Assembly (NCBI RefSeq): GCF_009914755.1
Contig: NC_060947.1
Reading direction: 5' to 3' (one strand)
DNA length: 64,000 nt
Source: the human T2T-CHM13v2.0 reference genome, Homo sapiens
Below the pieces are notes generated by a model. The model did not search any database. It was not told the origin of the DNA and was given only the letters and a program-made list of their open reading frames with translations. Both the position numbers and the translations under genes were made by a program. This document shows positions 11,574 to 23,691 of the stretch, in pieces (positions within the stretch are counted from its first letter, which is position 1; every line of letters starts with the position of its first letter).

Positions 11574-11756
11574 GTATCAGGCCTGGGACAGCCTGCTCGA
11601 CCCCCTTGGCCTTGACCCCCTCCCCTGCCTCTGCCCCTACTTTCTGCCCCATGCTATTGATCCCTGGGGCTGGGGACAAGTCCTTTCTTCCTTCTCCCTG
11701 GTGAGGGCTCTGGGGAAAAATCCATTGCTCATGCCTGGTTTCTTCTGCTTCCCTAG

Positions 11757-11874
11757 GGGCCGTTCTCCTGACTGGTACAACAAAGTCTTTGGACACCTGT
11801 GTGCCATGGAAGTGGCAAAGATCCGGGACTCCTTCCCCACCCTGCAGGCAGCGGGCCCTGAGACAAAGCTGTGA
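11757..11874 (+). CDS. STARD8: STARD8 last coding exon (GRSPDWYNKVFGHLCAMEVAKIRDSF...ETKL*), ends in a class I PDZ-binding motif
   Basis: CCTAG acceptor and TGA at 11872-11874. C-terminal E-T-K-L. Confidence 0.95.
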
Positions 11875-13007
11875 GCCTTGGGCTGGTCCCAGGGTGGCAC
11901 CACCCAGGCCCCCTGGGCACCAAGGGAGCGAGGGGGAATAAGAGCAGGGCAGCCCCCTGGGTGCCGCTGTCAGGAGCAGAGCCAGGCCCAGGTGGCTCCA
12001 GCTGCCTGTCCTGTCCCCTTTCCTAAAGCTCCTCTGCACATAGAGGGGAGAAAAAGAGAATTTAGGCAACTCCACTCCCCCTTCACCCCCAACCCTGTAT
12101 TCTACTCTCCCGAAAAGAGAAGAGAATCGCATGAGTAGCAAGACTGCTGCCACCAGCCACCTGCTTGTGAGGCCGCCACTTGGCATGAAGCCTCCACAGC
12201 TCCCCGCCTGCAGGGGCAAAGAGGTCGACAGCAATGTGTGATCCCAGCTCTCTGCCAGACTGAGAGGGCAAGCCGTCTTGTTTGCTGCAAGGATGCTTTT
12301 GAGGTTGGACAGGAGGTTCTGGTCCTGCCTTTGGGGCCAACGCTGGCTCTGAAGTGTCTTTTTCAGAGGAATTGGACTGGAGTGAATGGGCACAGGGGTG
12401 GAGCGCAGGGCAGCCCCAGTCACCACGAGCTGTTTCATTTGTGTAAATACGATGCTGAATTTTATGAGGCTGAGTTAAGAGTGGGCACTGACGGGCCCCT
12501 AATATGTGACATGACGATTTGGCATAGATAGGGATGTGAGAGTGGAGTACCTTCCTTTCTCAAGTCTCGAGATGCCAGTGAAACCAGTATTCCCTGACTT
12601 GGGTTTCACACTTTATCGACCACCCCATGGGGTCCTGTGTAGCCTTTGGCCACGCACTGACACTGCCCAGGCCAAGCAAAAGCAGAGTGTGGTTAAGAGA
12701 CAAGGGTCTATGTCATCATCCCTTTTGCTTATGGTAGTGGGCTAACATAACAGCCCCTTTCTCAAGCAGAGACCTGGCCCCTGGGCCAGCCAGATGGAAG
12801 GGCCTATCTTAGCCAGCTGGAGCTTAAGCCAAACCTGTTCTGTCCCACTGGCCAGCCATCTTTGCTCACATGGAAATTCAAATGCCATTCAAAGGCCACT
12901 GGTGCTTTATTTTTCTATCTGCTGAGTAAACTGAAATGAGATGGGTCCCAACCACCACTGTAATTTTCAAGCCTATTTTATTTGTACCTGTAAATACTGT
13001 ACAGCTA

Positions 13008-13051
<44 letters not shown>

Positions 13052-13149
13052 ATATGTGTTTATAGAGATACACACACATATATATGTGTGTATATATATA
13101 CACATACATATATATACACACACGCATTTGCACAGACACACACATATAT
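13008..13149. repeat. Compound (TA)n(TG)n...(CA)n microsatellite in the 3'UTR
   Basis: Directly visible alternating purine-pyrimidine tract. Confidence 0.95.
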
Positions 13150-13265
13150 CAATTCTCATGAGTGTATTATAATCTCTGGTGGGGGCAAGTGTCTGGAAGG
13201 CCTGAGGGGCACTTCAGATGAGAATGGAGAGGTAGGGAGCCAGGTGCAGCAGGATCCCTCAAATC

Positions 13266-13271
13266 AATAAA
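13266..13271 (+). terminator. Polyadenylation signal AATAAA of STARD8
   Basis: Canonical hexamer with TGTGTGGCTGTCTTTG ~25 nt downstream. Confidence 0.8.
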
Positions 13272-14984
13272 GCATTACCAGAGATGCACTTTAACTGTGT
13301 GGCTGTCTTTGCTGACAATGGGCTAGGGACTGGGGACTGGGGTTGTGACTGAGGCTTCAGTGTTAGGGCTCAGAGCATTAAGCATTCACCCCACCCTCTG
13401 CTGAGTCCTAGCTTACCGGCAGCAGGACTTGGGTGAGTCCACAAGAGGAATGGGGAGGGCCTCAGCTCTTCTCTTTGGAGAGGGATTTGCAGCCAGACAT
13501 GGTGGTGGGGGGGTGGGGCAGAGAAGGGGTGGAAAGTTAGCCGGAACTTGGGCAGAAGCTGCAAACCCCATCTCATGACCTGGCCACAAGCATGACCTCA
13601 GGCATCCTAGGGAGAGGTGAGCCTGGCTAAGCGGCCATTCCTTCCCCTTCTAAACAGCTTGAATGAAGAGTGAAGTCCCAGCCCCAGGAGGCTTAGGGGG
13701 CCCTGTGCCACCTGTAAGCCAACCTAAGAGGTCGGAGTGCCTTAAGGCAGCCTCTGGTCTGGCTCCAGTGACCAGCAAAGCCCAGGGGGCTAGAGAGACC
13801 CTCTCATCTTGACTTCCCCGAAGGAAGGGGCTTTCCTCTATCATGTTATATGGCCATAAAATTCCCAGGCTCCGAAGAGCAGCTAGAGAGAAAGTCCAGG
13901 CTTTGGACGTTTGCATCCCTGAAGTGCTGTCAGTAGCCTGGGCAGGGAAGCCCTGCTCTCTGGGTACCTCAACCTCCTCATGGGTCAAACGAGGCCAGTC
14001 ATACCTCTCCACAAGCCTGTCTCAGTAAGTGTTCAGGTTGCACCACCCAAGTCTGCACTCCGACCCGGCCTGAACAGTGAGGTGCCTGTCCAGTCCCGCT
14101 GCTCTATCACCTCCTTCCATTCTCTCTTGGGTTCAGTTGTCCCTACATGCCTTGGCCTTTCTTCACTGCTGTCACCTAGGGGTCTTGGCTAGCCCTGGAA
14201 GTGAGTGAGGTAGAGCAGAGGACCCAGTCAGCCCCTTGCCTTTGGGAAAACTAAATGGAGGTGCCTTGTGTGTGAGTATGGGCTGGGAGATCACTCTGGT
14301 GGTGCTGGGCTTAAGGGACACCAGTGTGATTTTCTGGCCAGTAGTTCTTAAGGAAGGCATTGGGGCTTTCTGGCCCAAGCACTGCCCACCTTCTTTTGGA
14401 AGGAGGTTGGTGGTAGGGTACAGAGGATGGGACTCAGCACTCAGATGATGGTTGCTAGGAGATGGATAAAGAGGAGGGAGGCTCTTGGAAGGGCCAGAGA
14501 GTTCCCCCAACCTTGCAGCTCTGGACTCTGCTACCCTGACCCAGTAGCCCAGTGTCTGGCATTATGGAAGAGGTAGCTCCAAGTAGGAGAGCTTCTGTTG
14601 GGCCTTAACATCATCCTGTGTGAAGCAGAGCTCCCATCCCTCATCTCTGCCTACTCTACTGTGCCTCTAGATGTAGGAATGAGTTTCATGATGAGGTTGC
14701 CCAGGCCTCTCATTCCCACCCACAAAGCAAGCACCACCCCTGGCCATTTCTAGCCCTGAGTCTTGTACCTCTGCTCACCCCAAGTAGGCTTCATTTCCCT
14801 GGTGCCAGAGAACATGCCTTCAAATTCCCAGCCCTGCTGCCCATAGTCTACTCTTGTGCTTTCCCTCACCCACTGCCTCAAAGAAGCCAGGCTGCAGGGG
14901 AATCCTGCATAGAAATCTAACAATCTGCCTGTGAGCTTTGATTATTGTTTCCTAGTCTCCAGTGCCCTGTTGCCAGAGTGGCTG

Positions 14985-15195
14985 AGGGTAGATGGTGGTC
15001 AGACCCAGGCTCAAATCTAGCTATATCATTTCCTGGCTGTGTGACCTTAAGTGGCACATTTAACATTTCTGATTTCCCTCTCAGAAAATAAGGGTAAGAA
15101 TCATTTATATCTTGTAAGGTTGTTGTCAAGGTTAAATGAGCCAATAGTTGTGAACGTGGTTGCAGGTTGCACAGTGCCTTGCACATAGCAGACAT
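14985..15195 (+). mobile_element. MIR SINE
   Basis: MIR core-like GGCTGTGTGACCTT...CTGATTTCC...GTTGTCAAGGTTAAATGAG...CACAGTGCCTTGCACATAG. Confidence 0.65.
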
Positions 15196-16096
15196 CAAAA
15201 TATGGCAGCCCCCCGCCTGCCCCATGTCTTTCCTGCCAGTGAGACTCCATAGGGAGAACTTGGTCCTCTCATCTGGGATCTCCAGCTCCAAGATAGTGAG
15301 GAGTGGGTGGGTTCTTCTCCCATCAGGACAAAGATGAGCAGCCAGCATCTGCCCATTGTCAGTGAAGACAATGAAGAAGCATGTTGCAATGGAGACTTCA
15401 TGGGGGGATGGCACCATGCAAGTGGGCCCCAGTGGTGTGGATGGAGCAGAACATACTGGTATAGGCAAAGATGATGGCAATGACAGCCAGGAGCTTTACA
15501 TCTATTCGTAACAAAGCTTCCGAGTTCCTTGCTCAAGGCCTGGGGGGGTGGGGGGCAGTGATGAAAAAAAGCCCAGGGCAGTCTGGCATGGAGATAACAC
15601 AGGGGATAGGGCTGGGGCTATGGAGATCCAGGGAACTTCAATAGCTTATGGCCCTCACCCAGTGATGGAGAGGAGTCAGCAATCAGGGCCATCAACAGGG
15701 CAGGCAAACAGTAGAACTCAGAGACGGGCACGGGGACTCCATTGCATGAAGCTGCAGTCAATAGGGAAAAATGTCTGAGAAAGTGGCTTGGGGCTGGCAA
15801 CCAATGCAATGCTTTCTGGGGAGAAAATCACTCGTGAGCCAGTTGGTAGCAGGGTCTGAATATTAGCTACCCACCAGGTGCCAAGGAGGGAATCAGAGCA
15901 ACACTTTCCACTTCATCAAGGGCCAGATAAACTGGTCAGGAAGCTGGCAGCTTGGCCCCTGCCCATTATGTCCCCATCTTCACTCAAGAAACTGGTAGAG
16001 TGGAATAGCCCCGGGCAGCTGAACTTGCACGTGCATCAAGCTGGAGAGGAAAGCAGATGCCATTGTTGCCATGGCAGTTGCCCAAGGGGCCACAGC

Positions 16097-17620
16097 ACCA
16101 ATGGAACAGAATAGAGAATGCAGAAACAAATCCACACACCTACAGTGAACTCATTTTTGACAAAGGTGCCAAGCACATACACTGGGGAAGAGACAGTTTC
16201 TTCAATAAATGCTGCTGGGAAAACTGGATCTCCATATGCATAATGAAATGAGACCCCTATCTCTCTCCATATACAAAAGTCAAATCAAAATGGATTAAAG
16301 ACTGAAATCTAAGGTCTCAAACTGTGAAACTACTACAAGAAAACATTGGGGAAATTCTCCAGGACATTGGTCTGGACAAAGATTTCTTCAGTAATACCCC
16401 AGAAGCCCAGGTAACCAAAGCAAATAACCAAAGCAAAAATGGACAAATGGGATCACATCAAGTTAAAAAGCTTCTGCACAGCAAAGGAAACAATCAACAA
16501 AGTGAAAACACAACCGAAAGAATGGGAGAAAATATTTGCAAACTACCATTCTGACAAGGGATTAATAAACAGAGTATATAAGGAGCCCAAACAAATCTAT
16601 AGGAAAAAAAACTAATCAAAATGGGCAAAAGATTTGAATACGCATTTCTCAAAAGAAGACATACAAATGGCAAACAGGCATATGAAAATGTGCTCAACAT
16701 CACTGATCATCAGAGAAATGCAAATCAAAAATACAATGAGATATCATCTCACCCCAATTAAAATGGCTTATATATAAAAGGCAATAACAAATTCTGGTGA
16801 TGATGAGAAGAAAAGAGAACCCTCGTACCCTGTTGGTGGAAATTTAATTAAGTACAACCACTATGGAGAGCAGTTTAGAGTTTCCTCAAAAACCTAAAAA
16901 TAGAGCTACCATATGATCCCACAATCCTCCTGCTAGGTATATACCCAAAAGAAAGGAAATCAGTATATTGAAGAGATATATGGACTCCCATATTTGCTGC
17001 AACACTGTTTACAACAGCTAAGATTTGGAAGCAACCTAAGTGTCCATCAACAGATGAATAGATAAAGAAAATGTAGTACCTATACACAATGGAGTACTTT
17101 TCAGCCATAAAAAAAGAATGAGATCCGGTCACCTGCAACAACGTGGATGGGACTGGAGATCATTATGTTAAGTGAAATAAGCAAGGCACAGAAAGACAAA
17201 CATCACATGTTCTCACTTATTTGTGGGATCTAAAAATCAAAACAATTGAACTCATGGATAGAGGGAGTAGAAAGATGGTTACTGTTACCAGAGGTTGGGA
17301 AGGGTAGTAAGGGGGTGGGTGGGGGGAGGTAGAGATGGCTAATGGGTACCAAAAAAAAAAAAAAATAGAAAGAGTGAATAAGACCTCTATTTGGTAACAC
17401 AACATGGTGACTATAGTCAGTAACAACTAAATTGTACATTTAAAAATAGCTAAAAGAGTATAATTGGATTGTTTGTAACACAAAGGATCAAAGTTTGAGG
17501 TGATGGATACCCCATTTATCCTCATGCAATTACTATGCATTGCATGCCTGTATCAAAACATCTCAATTACCTTGTAAATATATATACCTACTATGTACCT
17601 ACAGAAGTTTTAAAAAAATT
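16097..17620 (+). mobile_element. 5'-truncated L1 (L1MA2/3-like): 3' part of ORF2 and 3'UTR
   Basis: Degenerate ORF2 peptides (QWNRIE...LIFDKG...FNKCCWENW) and an L1MA-type 3'UTR (GTTTGTAACACAAAGGAT...GATGGATACCCCATTT). Confidence 0.85.
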
Positions 17621-18056
17621 TTAAAGAATGTTTTTGTTTGTTTTATTGATGGGATCACTTAAAACCTGGGCTTGGTGGGGAGAGAGCAAAATTCAAAGGG
17701 GCCCTTGGGGATTCATTACATGAAACAACCAGAATTTGTTATCTGGGGCAGTTGAAGGCACCGGACATAAAAACCTGCTTTCCCTTAGGCATTTGAAAGT
17801 TTAAAAAAAAAAATAGCTTGCAGACCACTACATTTGCCACATCTCAGGAATCAGGAAGCCCAAGTTAGGATCCATCACATCAGGAGAGTATAGGATGGGC
17901 TCTGGAGCCAGACTGCCTGGATTCAAATTCAGCACCATCACTTACTATCTCTGTAACTCTGTCATCTTCTCAAGGAGTCATGTAGCTAGTAACCCGGTGG
18001 CCATATAGCTAGTTACTCAGTCTGCCTCGTACCAGAGTGTGTGCTCCTAACTCCTC

Positions 18057-18245
18057 CAGTGGGCCTCAAACTTCAGTGAGCATCAGCATCACCCTAGTGG
18101 ACTGTCAAAACATGGGCTGCTAGGCCCCACACCCAGAGTTTCTGATTCAACCGGTCTGGGGAGAAGCCTGAGAATTTGCATTTCTGACAAGATGTCAGGT
18201 GATGGTGATGCTGCTGGTTCAGGCATCACACTTTGAAAACCAGTG
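18057..18245. mobile_element. MER5A-like hAT-Charlie DNA transposon relic
   Basis: CAGTG..CTCAAACTT terminus, CCCAGAGTTTCTGATTCA...GCCTGAGAATTTGCATTTCT...CACACTTTGAAAACCAGTG. Confidence 0.8.
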
Positions 18246-19026
18246 ATCTATAGAGTGAGGAGGTTGATTATGATGACATAAATTTCATTCAACTGAATTC
18301 AAAGCAGAAGATGTTTGAACTCCCCCTCAGTCCCTGCAGACCAGGGACTCAGGGCTCAAAGGCATTACCACTTTCTATTATAGCTGCATGGCTTACTTAT
18401 ACTCCCTGAACTTCAGTTTTCTTATCTTTAAAATGGGAATGATACTACCTTATAAGGAGGTTATGAGTAGTCAACTTGATTGTTTCTAGCATTTGGTGGG
18501 TAGTTTCAAAGTGGCAAATCACCTGCTATTCGTCTTGTTAGTAATACTGCACATCTTCTTTTGTTACGCAGTACAGAGCCCACTGCTAGGTTTAGGCAGA
18601 GATGAGCTCGGGAAGGAGGTCTGTGGAAGAGGACAGAAAGGTTGCCTGTTCTGCCATACCCTCCTCTGGCTCCAAGCTATATCACTACTTGGTCTCTGAC
18701 TTTAAGGCTCTTCCCCTCTGAGACTCTCCTTTCAAGATCTTCCACTGCTCAGACCCTGATGGCTTGTGTTTCATTTTAACAATGCTGTCAATTCTCTTCC
18801 TGAAAACTACAGGAATCTCAAACTGAAATTCCTACAGGAACCAGGCAGTTAGCACAGATAAGCAAAGCATACTGGGTAAAGATCATAATGATTGCAGAGT
18901 TCGTACCCCATCTAAAGAGGGCAGCAGCTATTCCCTTCTCATCTATTATGGACAGGCGGGAATGTGGGTCCAGATATGGATAGCTACATCTTCTGATTTT
19001 TCCAGGGAATCCAGAAATCCAGATTT

Positions 19027-19333
19027 GTTTGTTTGTTTTTTGTTTTTGTTTTTGAGAAAGGGTCTGGCCCTGTCACCCAGGCTGGAGTGCAGTGGTATGA
19101 TCTCAATTCACTGCAACCTTTGCCTCCTAGGCTCAGGTGATCCTACCATCTCAGCCTCCTGTAGCTAGGACTACAGGCTTACACCACCACACCCAGCTAA
19201 TTTTTGTATTTTCTGTAGAAATGGGATTTCACCATGTTTCCCAGGCTAGCCTCGAATTCCTAAGCTCAAGCAATCTTCTCACCTTGGCCTCTCAAAGTGC
19301 TGGGACTATAGGCATGAACGACCATGTTTGCCC
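19027..19333 (-). mobile_element. Alu (J-like), TSD AAATCCAGATTT (19015-19026 / 19334-19345)
   Basis: Antisense Alu dimer with a T-rich tail and an exact 12-bp direct repeat. Confidence 0.92.
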
Positions 19334-19377
19334 AAATCCAGATTTTTATGTGAAATCTACCCTTTTAAAATATTGGT

Positions 19378-19663
19378 GGCCAGGTGTGGTGGCTTACGCC
19401 TGTAATATCAGCATTTTGGGAGGCTGAAATGGGAGGGTTGCTTGAGACCAGGAGTTCAAGACCAGACTGGGCAACACAGTGAGACTCCATCTCCACAAAA
19501 AATAAAAAAAAAATTAGCTGGGTATGGTGGCATGTGTCTGTAGTCCCAGCTACTCAGGAAGCTGAGGTGAGGATCGCTTGAGCCTGGGAGTAGGATCACA
19601 GTACTGCACTCCAGCCTGGACAAGAGAGAGAGATCCTGTCTCTGAAAAAAATAAAGATTAAAA
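19378..19663 (+). mobile_element. Alu (J-like), TSD ~AAAATRTTGGTG
   Basis: GGCCAGGTGTGGTGGCTTACGCCTGTAA start, A-rich linker and tail. Confidence 0.92.
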
Positions 19664-19962
19664 AAAATGTTGGTGAAAAGATTTTAACATAACATGCAAC
19701 AGGCTCAACATGCACACATGAATAGCCCACTGGTTTGCACCCTCTACTCTAGAACAATGTTTACAAAATGTGACTTTCCCTCCAGGGTTATGGCCAGGGA
19801 TCCCATCACTTTTGGGCTCAGTTCCTGCATATGCCAGCCCCTCCCCACCCCAGTGCTGCCCTGTCATCACAGAATAGGCACTGAAGACCATGGCATGTGG
19901 GCTGTGCTCGGACACTAAGCAGGTGTGCATGCACACCTGAGTAAGGTTCCCAGGTAGGTAGC

Positions 19963-20334
19963 TGTATTAGTCTGCTTTCACACTGCTGTAACAATATACC
20001 TGAGACTGGGTAATTTATAAAGACTAACAGTTCCTCATGGCTGGAGAGGCCGCAGGAAACTTACAATCATGGCAGAAGGGGAAAACACATCTACAATCAC
20101 GGCAGAAGGGGAAGACACATGTCTTACATGGCAGGTGAGAGAGAACGAGCAAGAGCAGGGAAAACTGTCTTATAAAACCATCGTATCTCATGAGAATTCA
20201 CTCACTATCACAAGAACAGCATGGGGGAAACTGCCTCCATGATCCAATCACCTCCCACCAGGACTCTCCCTAAATACCTGGAGATTGCAATTCAGGATGA
20301 AATTTGGGTGGGGACACAAAGCCTAACTATATCA
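19963..20334 (-). mobile_element. MaLR solo LTR (THE1/MSTA-like) with an internal ~30-bp tandem duplication
   Basis: TGTATTAGTC...GAGACTGGGTAATTTATAAAG...GGGTGGGGACACAAAGCCTAACTATATCA. Flanks GTAGC/GTGGC are a near 5-bp TSD. Confidence 0.88.
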
Positions 20335-20868
20335 GTGGCACAGGCGATAACCCAGACACAGATGTGAAGCAGCAGGTTCTCAAAGGAAGAGATGCTGTCT
20401 ATGTTGGGCTTGCCATTGTGCACACTTTTGGAAGCACTAGAAGAAATTGTTGGGATAAAGAAAGCCCTTGTGAGAATTGGCGCTAGAGCGTGGAGGGGAA
20501 GCGTCAACCCCAAAACAGCCAGGCCCTGGCAGGGCCCACAAGGGGGCACTGTTGCTCTGTGTGGGAAGATGGGCCACAGGCAACAGGAAGCTACTGGGAC
20601 TCAACCCCAGCATCTGCCCCCGCCTCCAAGTCTTCTCAGTGTTCCCCAGTTTCTGCCCCTTTTCCTTCACAGGGTCTTCCAGATCTTGTTCCTTTCCCTG
20701 TTCCCTCAGCTTCCCCACCCCTCAGATCTTGCCATTCTCCATTACAGAGCCCTAAAAATTCTGTCTCCTTTCCTCCTCCCACTGGTCCCTTGGGGTGGGA
20801 GAATTTCTCTCCAAGTTGAGATTCACTATCTAGTTCATCTCCTGATTGAACAAATGAAGACAGGGTGT

Positions 20869-21165
20869 GGCCAGGCACAGTGGCTCACTCCTGTAATCCC
20901 AACTCTTTGGGAGGCAAGAGGCTCACTTGAGCCTAGGAGTTTGAGACCAGCTTGGGCAACAAAGCGAGACCCCATCTCTACAAAACATAAAATAAATTAG
21001 ACAGGCATGGTGGTGGGCACCCGTAGTCCTAGCTACTGAGGTTAAGGCTGCAGTGAGCTATGATTGCACCACTGTATTCCGGCCTGGGTGACAGAGTGAG
21101 ACCCTGTCTCAAAAAAAAAAAAAAAAAAAAAAAAAAGACAAAAAAGAAAGAAAGAAAAGAAAAAA
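20869..21165 (+). mobile_element. Alu (J-like, internal deletions) with a long A tail
   Basis: Alu left and right arm motifs; A-rich tail from 21111. Confidence 0.9.
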
Positions 21166-21279
21166 GACATAGACCATCAGTGAGACGTGCCCAAGGTCAC
21201 TAGGAGGGAAGAGGCAGTTCTGGGATGGAACCCAGGTCTGTTGGGATCCAAGGGTATCCTTTCTAATGGGCCAGTTATT

Positions 21280-21680
21280 GGTTCAACAAATATTTACTGA
21301 GTGTTTATTATGTGCTAGGCACTGTTATAGATACCAGGGATAGAGCAGTGAACAAAATAAGTAAGAATCCTTACCCTCATTGAGCTAGCATTCTGGAGGG
21401 AGGAGCAAACATAATTCAATGACATATGTGTTTCAAGGTGACAAGTGCTTTAGAAAAAAATTAAGCAGGGAAGGGGGATTGGGAGTGCTCTCTGTCATTT
21501 TAATAGGGAGATTATAGAGAAAGTGACATTTGACAGAGGTGAAGTAGGTGAAGACATGAGCTGTGTGAAGACAGAGTGTGTCAGGTCTTGGAGGGCCAGA
21601 TATAAAGAAGACCATCCTAGTGAACAGAAACTGGGAGGCAGTGCTCAACTGCCAGGAAGAAGTCAGCCTCAATAAAACTA
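21280..21680 (-). mobile_element. LINE-2 3' fragment
   Basis: TTCAACAAATATTTACTGAGTG...TGTGCTAGGCACTG, the reverse complement of the L2 3' end. Confidence 0.65.
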
Positions 21681-21685
21681 GCATA

Positions 21686-21945
21686 GGCCAAGGGTGGTGG
21701 TTCATGCCTGTAATCACAACGATTTGGGAGAATGGAGCAGGAAGATCACCGGAGTCCAGGAGTTTGATACCAGCCTGGGCAACATAGTGAGACCCCGTCT
21801 CTTAAAAAAAATTTTTTTTTTTAATTAGCTACATGTGGTGCACACACCCATAGTCCTAGCTACTTGGGAGGCTGAGGTGAGAAGATTGTTTGAATCCAGG
21901 AGTTCGACGATGCAGTGAGCTATAAGTGTCCCACTACACCCCAGT
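21686..21945 (+). mobile_element. Alu (J-like), 3' end interrupted by an antisense Alu
   Basis: Alu dimer motifs up to CCACTACACCCCAG. Confidence 0.88.
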
Positions 21946-21958
21946 CTGTTTCTATTTT

Positions 21959-22264
21959 ATTTTATTTTATTTATTTTATTTTTTTTGAGACAGAGTCTCG
22001 CTCTGTCACCCAGGCGTGCAGTGGCACAATCTTGGCTCGCTACGACCTCAGCTCCCCGGCTTCAAACGATTCTCCTGCCTCAGCCTCCTGAGTAGCTGGG
22101 ATTACAGGCATGAGCCACCATGCCCGGCTAATTTTTGTATTTTTAGTAGAGACGGGGTTTTGCCATGTTGGCCAGGCTAGTCTAGAACTCCTGACCTTAG
22201 GTGATTCCCCCTCCTTAGCCTCCCAAAGTGCTAGGATTACAGGCATGAGCCACTGTGCCTGGCC
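21959..22264 (-). mobile_element. Alu (S-like), TSD AGYCTGTTTCTATTTT (21943-21958 / 22265-22280)
   Basis: Antisense Alu with a (TTTTA)n tail and a 16-bp direct repeat with 1 mismatch. Confidence 0.92.
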
Positions 22265-23691
22265 AGCCTGTTTCTATTTTTAATAAAAAAACTGAAGCAA
22301 TTTACACAGGTGCACGACATGGATGAAACCTTCATGTCCTTCCAACACACTCAGTGTGAGGCATGTGAATAGAGCTGCAGATGGATGGCTTATCTGACTC
22401 CAAAGTTTGCTATAATGTTTAATCCAGCTCCTGGTCTTCTGGGAAGTGTGATAAGGTCCCATGGGTGGGATGGAAATAGGGAAGGCAGGTTAGGGGGCAG
22501 AAGAGTGGATGTAGAAGTCATAGCCAGAGCAATCAGGCAAGAGAAAGAAATAAAGAGCATCCAAATTGGAAAAGAGGAAGTCAAACTATCTCTGTTTGCT
22601 GATAATATGATCTTATACCTAGAAAACACTAAAGACTCTTCCAAAAGACTCCTAGATTTGATAAATGAATTCAGTAAACTCTCAGGTTACAAAATCAATG
22701 TATACAAACCAGTAGCACTGCTATACACCAACAATGACCAAGCTGAGAGTCAAATTAAGAACTAAAGCTACAAAAAATACTTAGAAATATATTAACTAAT
22801 GAAGTGAAAGATCTCTATAAGAACTACAAAACACAGCTGAAAGAAATCATAGATGACAAAAACAAATGGAAATACATCCTATGCTCATGGATTGGAAGAA
22901 TCAATATAGTGAAAATGACTATACTGCCCAAAGCAATCTACAGATTGTAATTCCTATCAAAATATAATACCAACATAATTAATTTTTCACAGAATTAGAA
23001 AAAACGATCCTAAAATTCATATGGGATCAGAAAAGAGTCCAAATAGCCAAAGCAATGCTAAACAAACATAATAAATCTGGAGGTATCAGACTACTAGACT
23101 TCAAATTATGCTACAAGGCCATAGTAACAAAAACAGCATTGTACTGGCATAATAGTAGTTACATAGATCCGTGGAATAGAACAGAGAAAGAAGAAAAAAA
23201 GCCAAGTACTTATAACCAATTGATCTTTGACAAATCATACAAAAACATAAATTGGGGAAAGGACACCATATTCAATAAATGTTGCTGGGAAACCTGGCAA
23301 GCCACACGTAGAAGAATGAAGCTGGATCCTTATCTCCCATCTTATACAAAAATCAACTCGAGATGGATCAAGGATTTAAATCTGACCTGAAACCATAAAT
23401 ATTCTAGAAGAAAACCTAGGAAAAACTCTTCTTGACATTGGCTTAGGCAAAGAATTTGTGATGAAGACCCCAAATGCGAATGTAACAAAAACAAAAATAA
23501 ATAAATGGGATCTATTGAACTACAAAGTTTCTGCACAGCAAAAGAAATAATCATCAGAGTAAACAGACAACCCACAGAATGAGAGAAAATATTTGCAAAC
23601 TGTGTATCTGACAAAGGACTAGTATCCCGAATCTACAAGAAACTCAACCAAATCAGCAAGAAAAAAAATCCCGTTAAAATGTGGGCAAAGG

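Larger units (their letters stand above)
11875..13290 (+). other. STARD8: STARD8 3'UTR (end approximate)
   Basis: Runs from the stop codon to ~20 nt past AATAAA, followed by a GT-rich downstream element. Confidence 0.8.
18809..19750 (+). mobile_element. MER102-like hAT element split by two Alu insertions
   Basis: CCCCATCTAAAGAGGGCAGC...TCTTCTGATTTTT...AATCCAGATTTTTATGTGAAATCT is continuous across the Alus. Name from recall. Confidence 0.55.

Noticed and set aside
12878-13270. ORFs with YIYI/VCVC/THTH runs
   Set aside because: Translations of the microsatellite.
20392-21000. 202-aa ORF
   Set aside because: Low-complexity composition, ends inside an Alu, no family resemblance.
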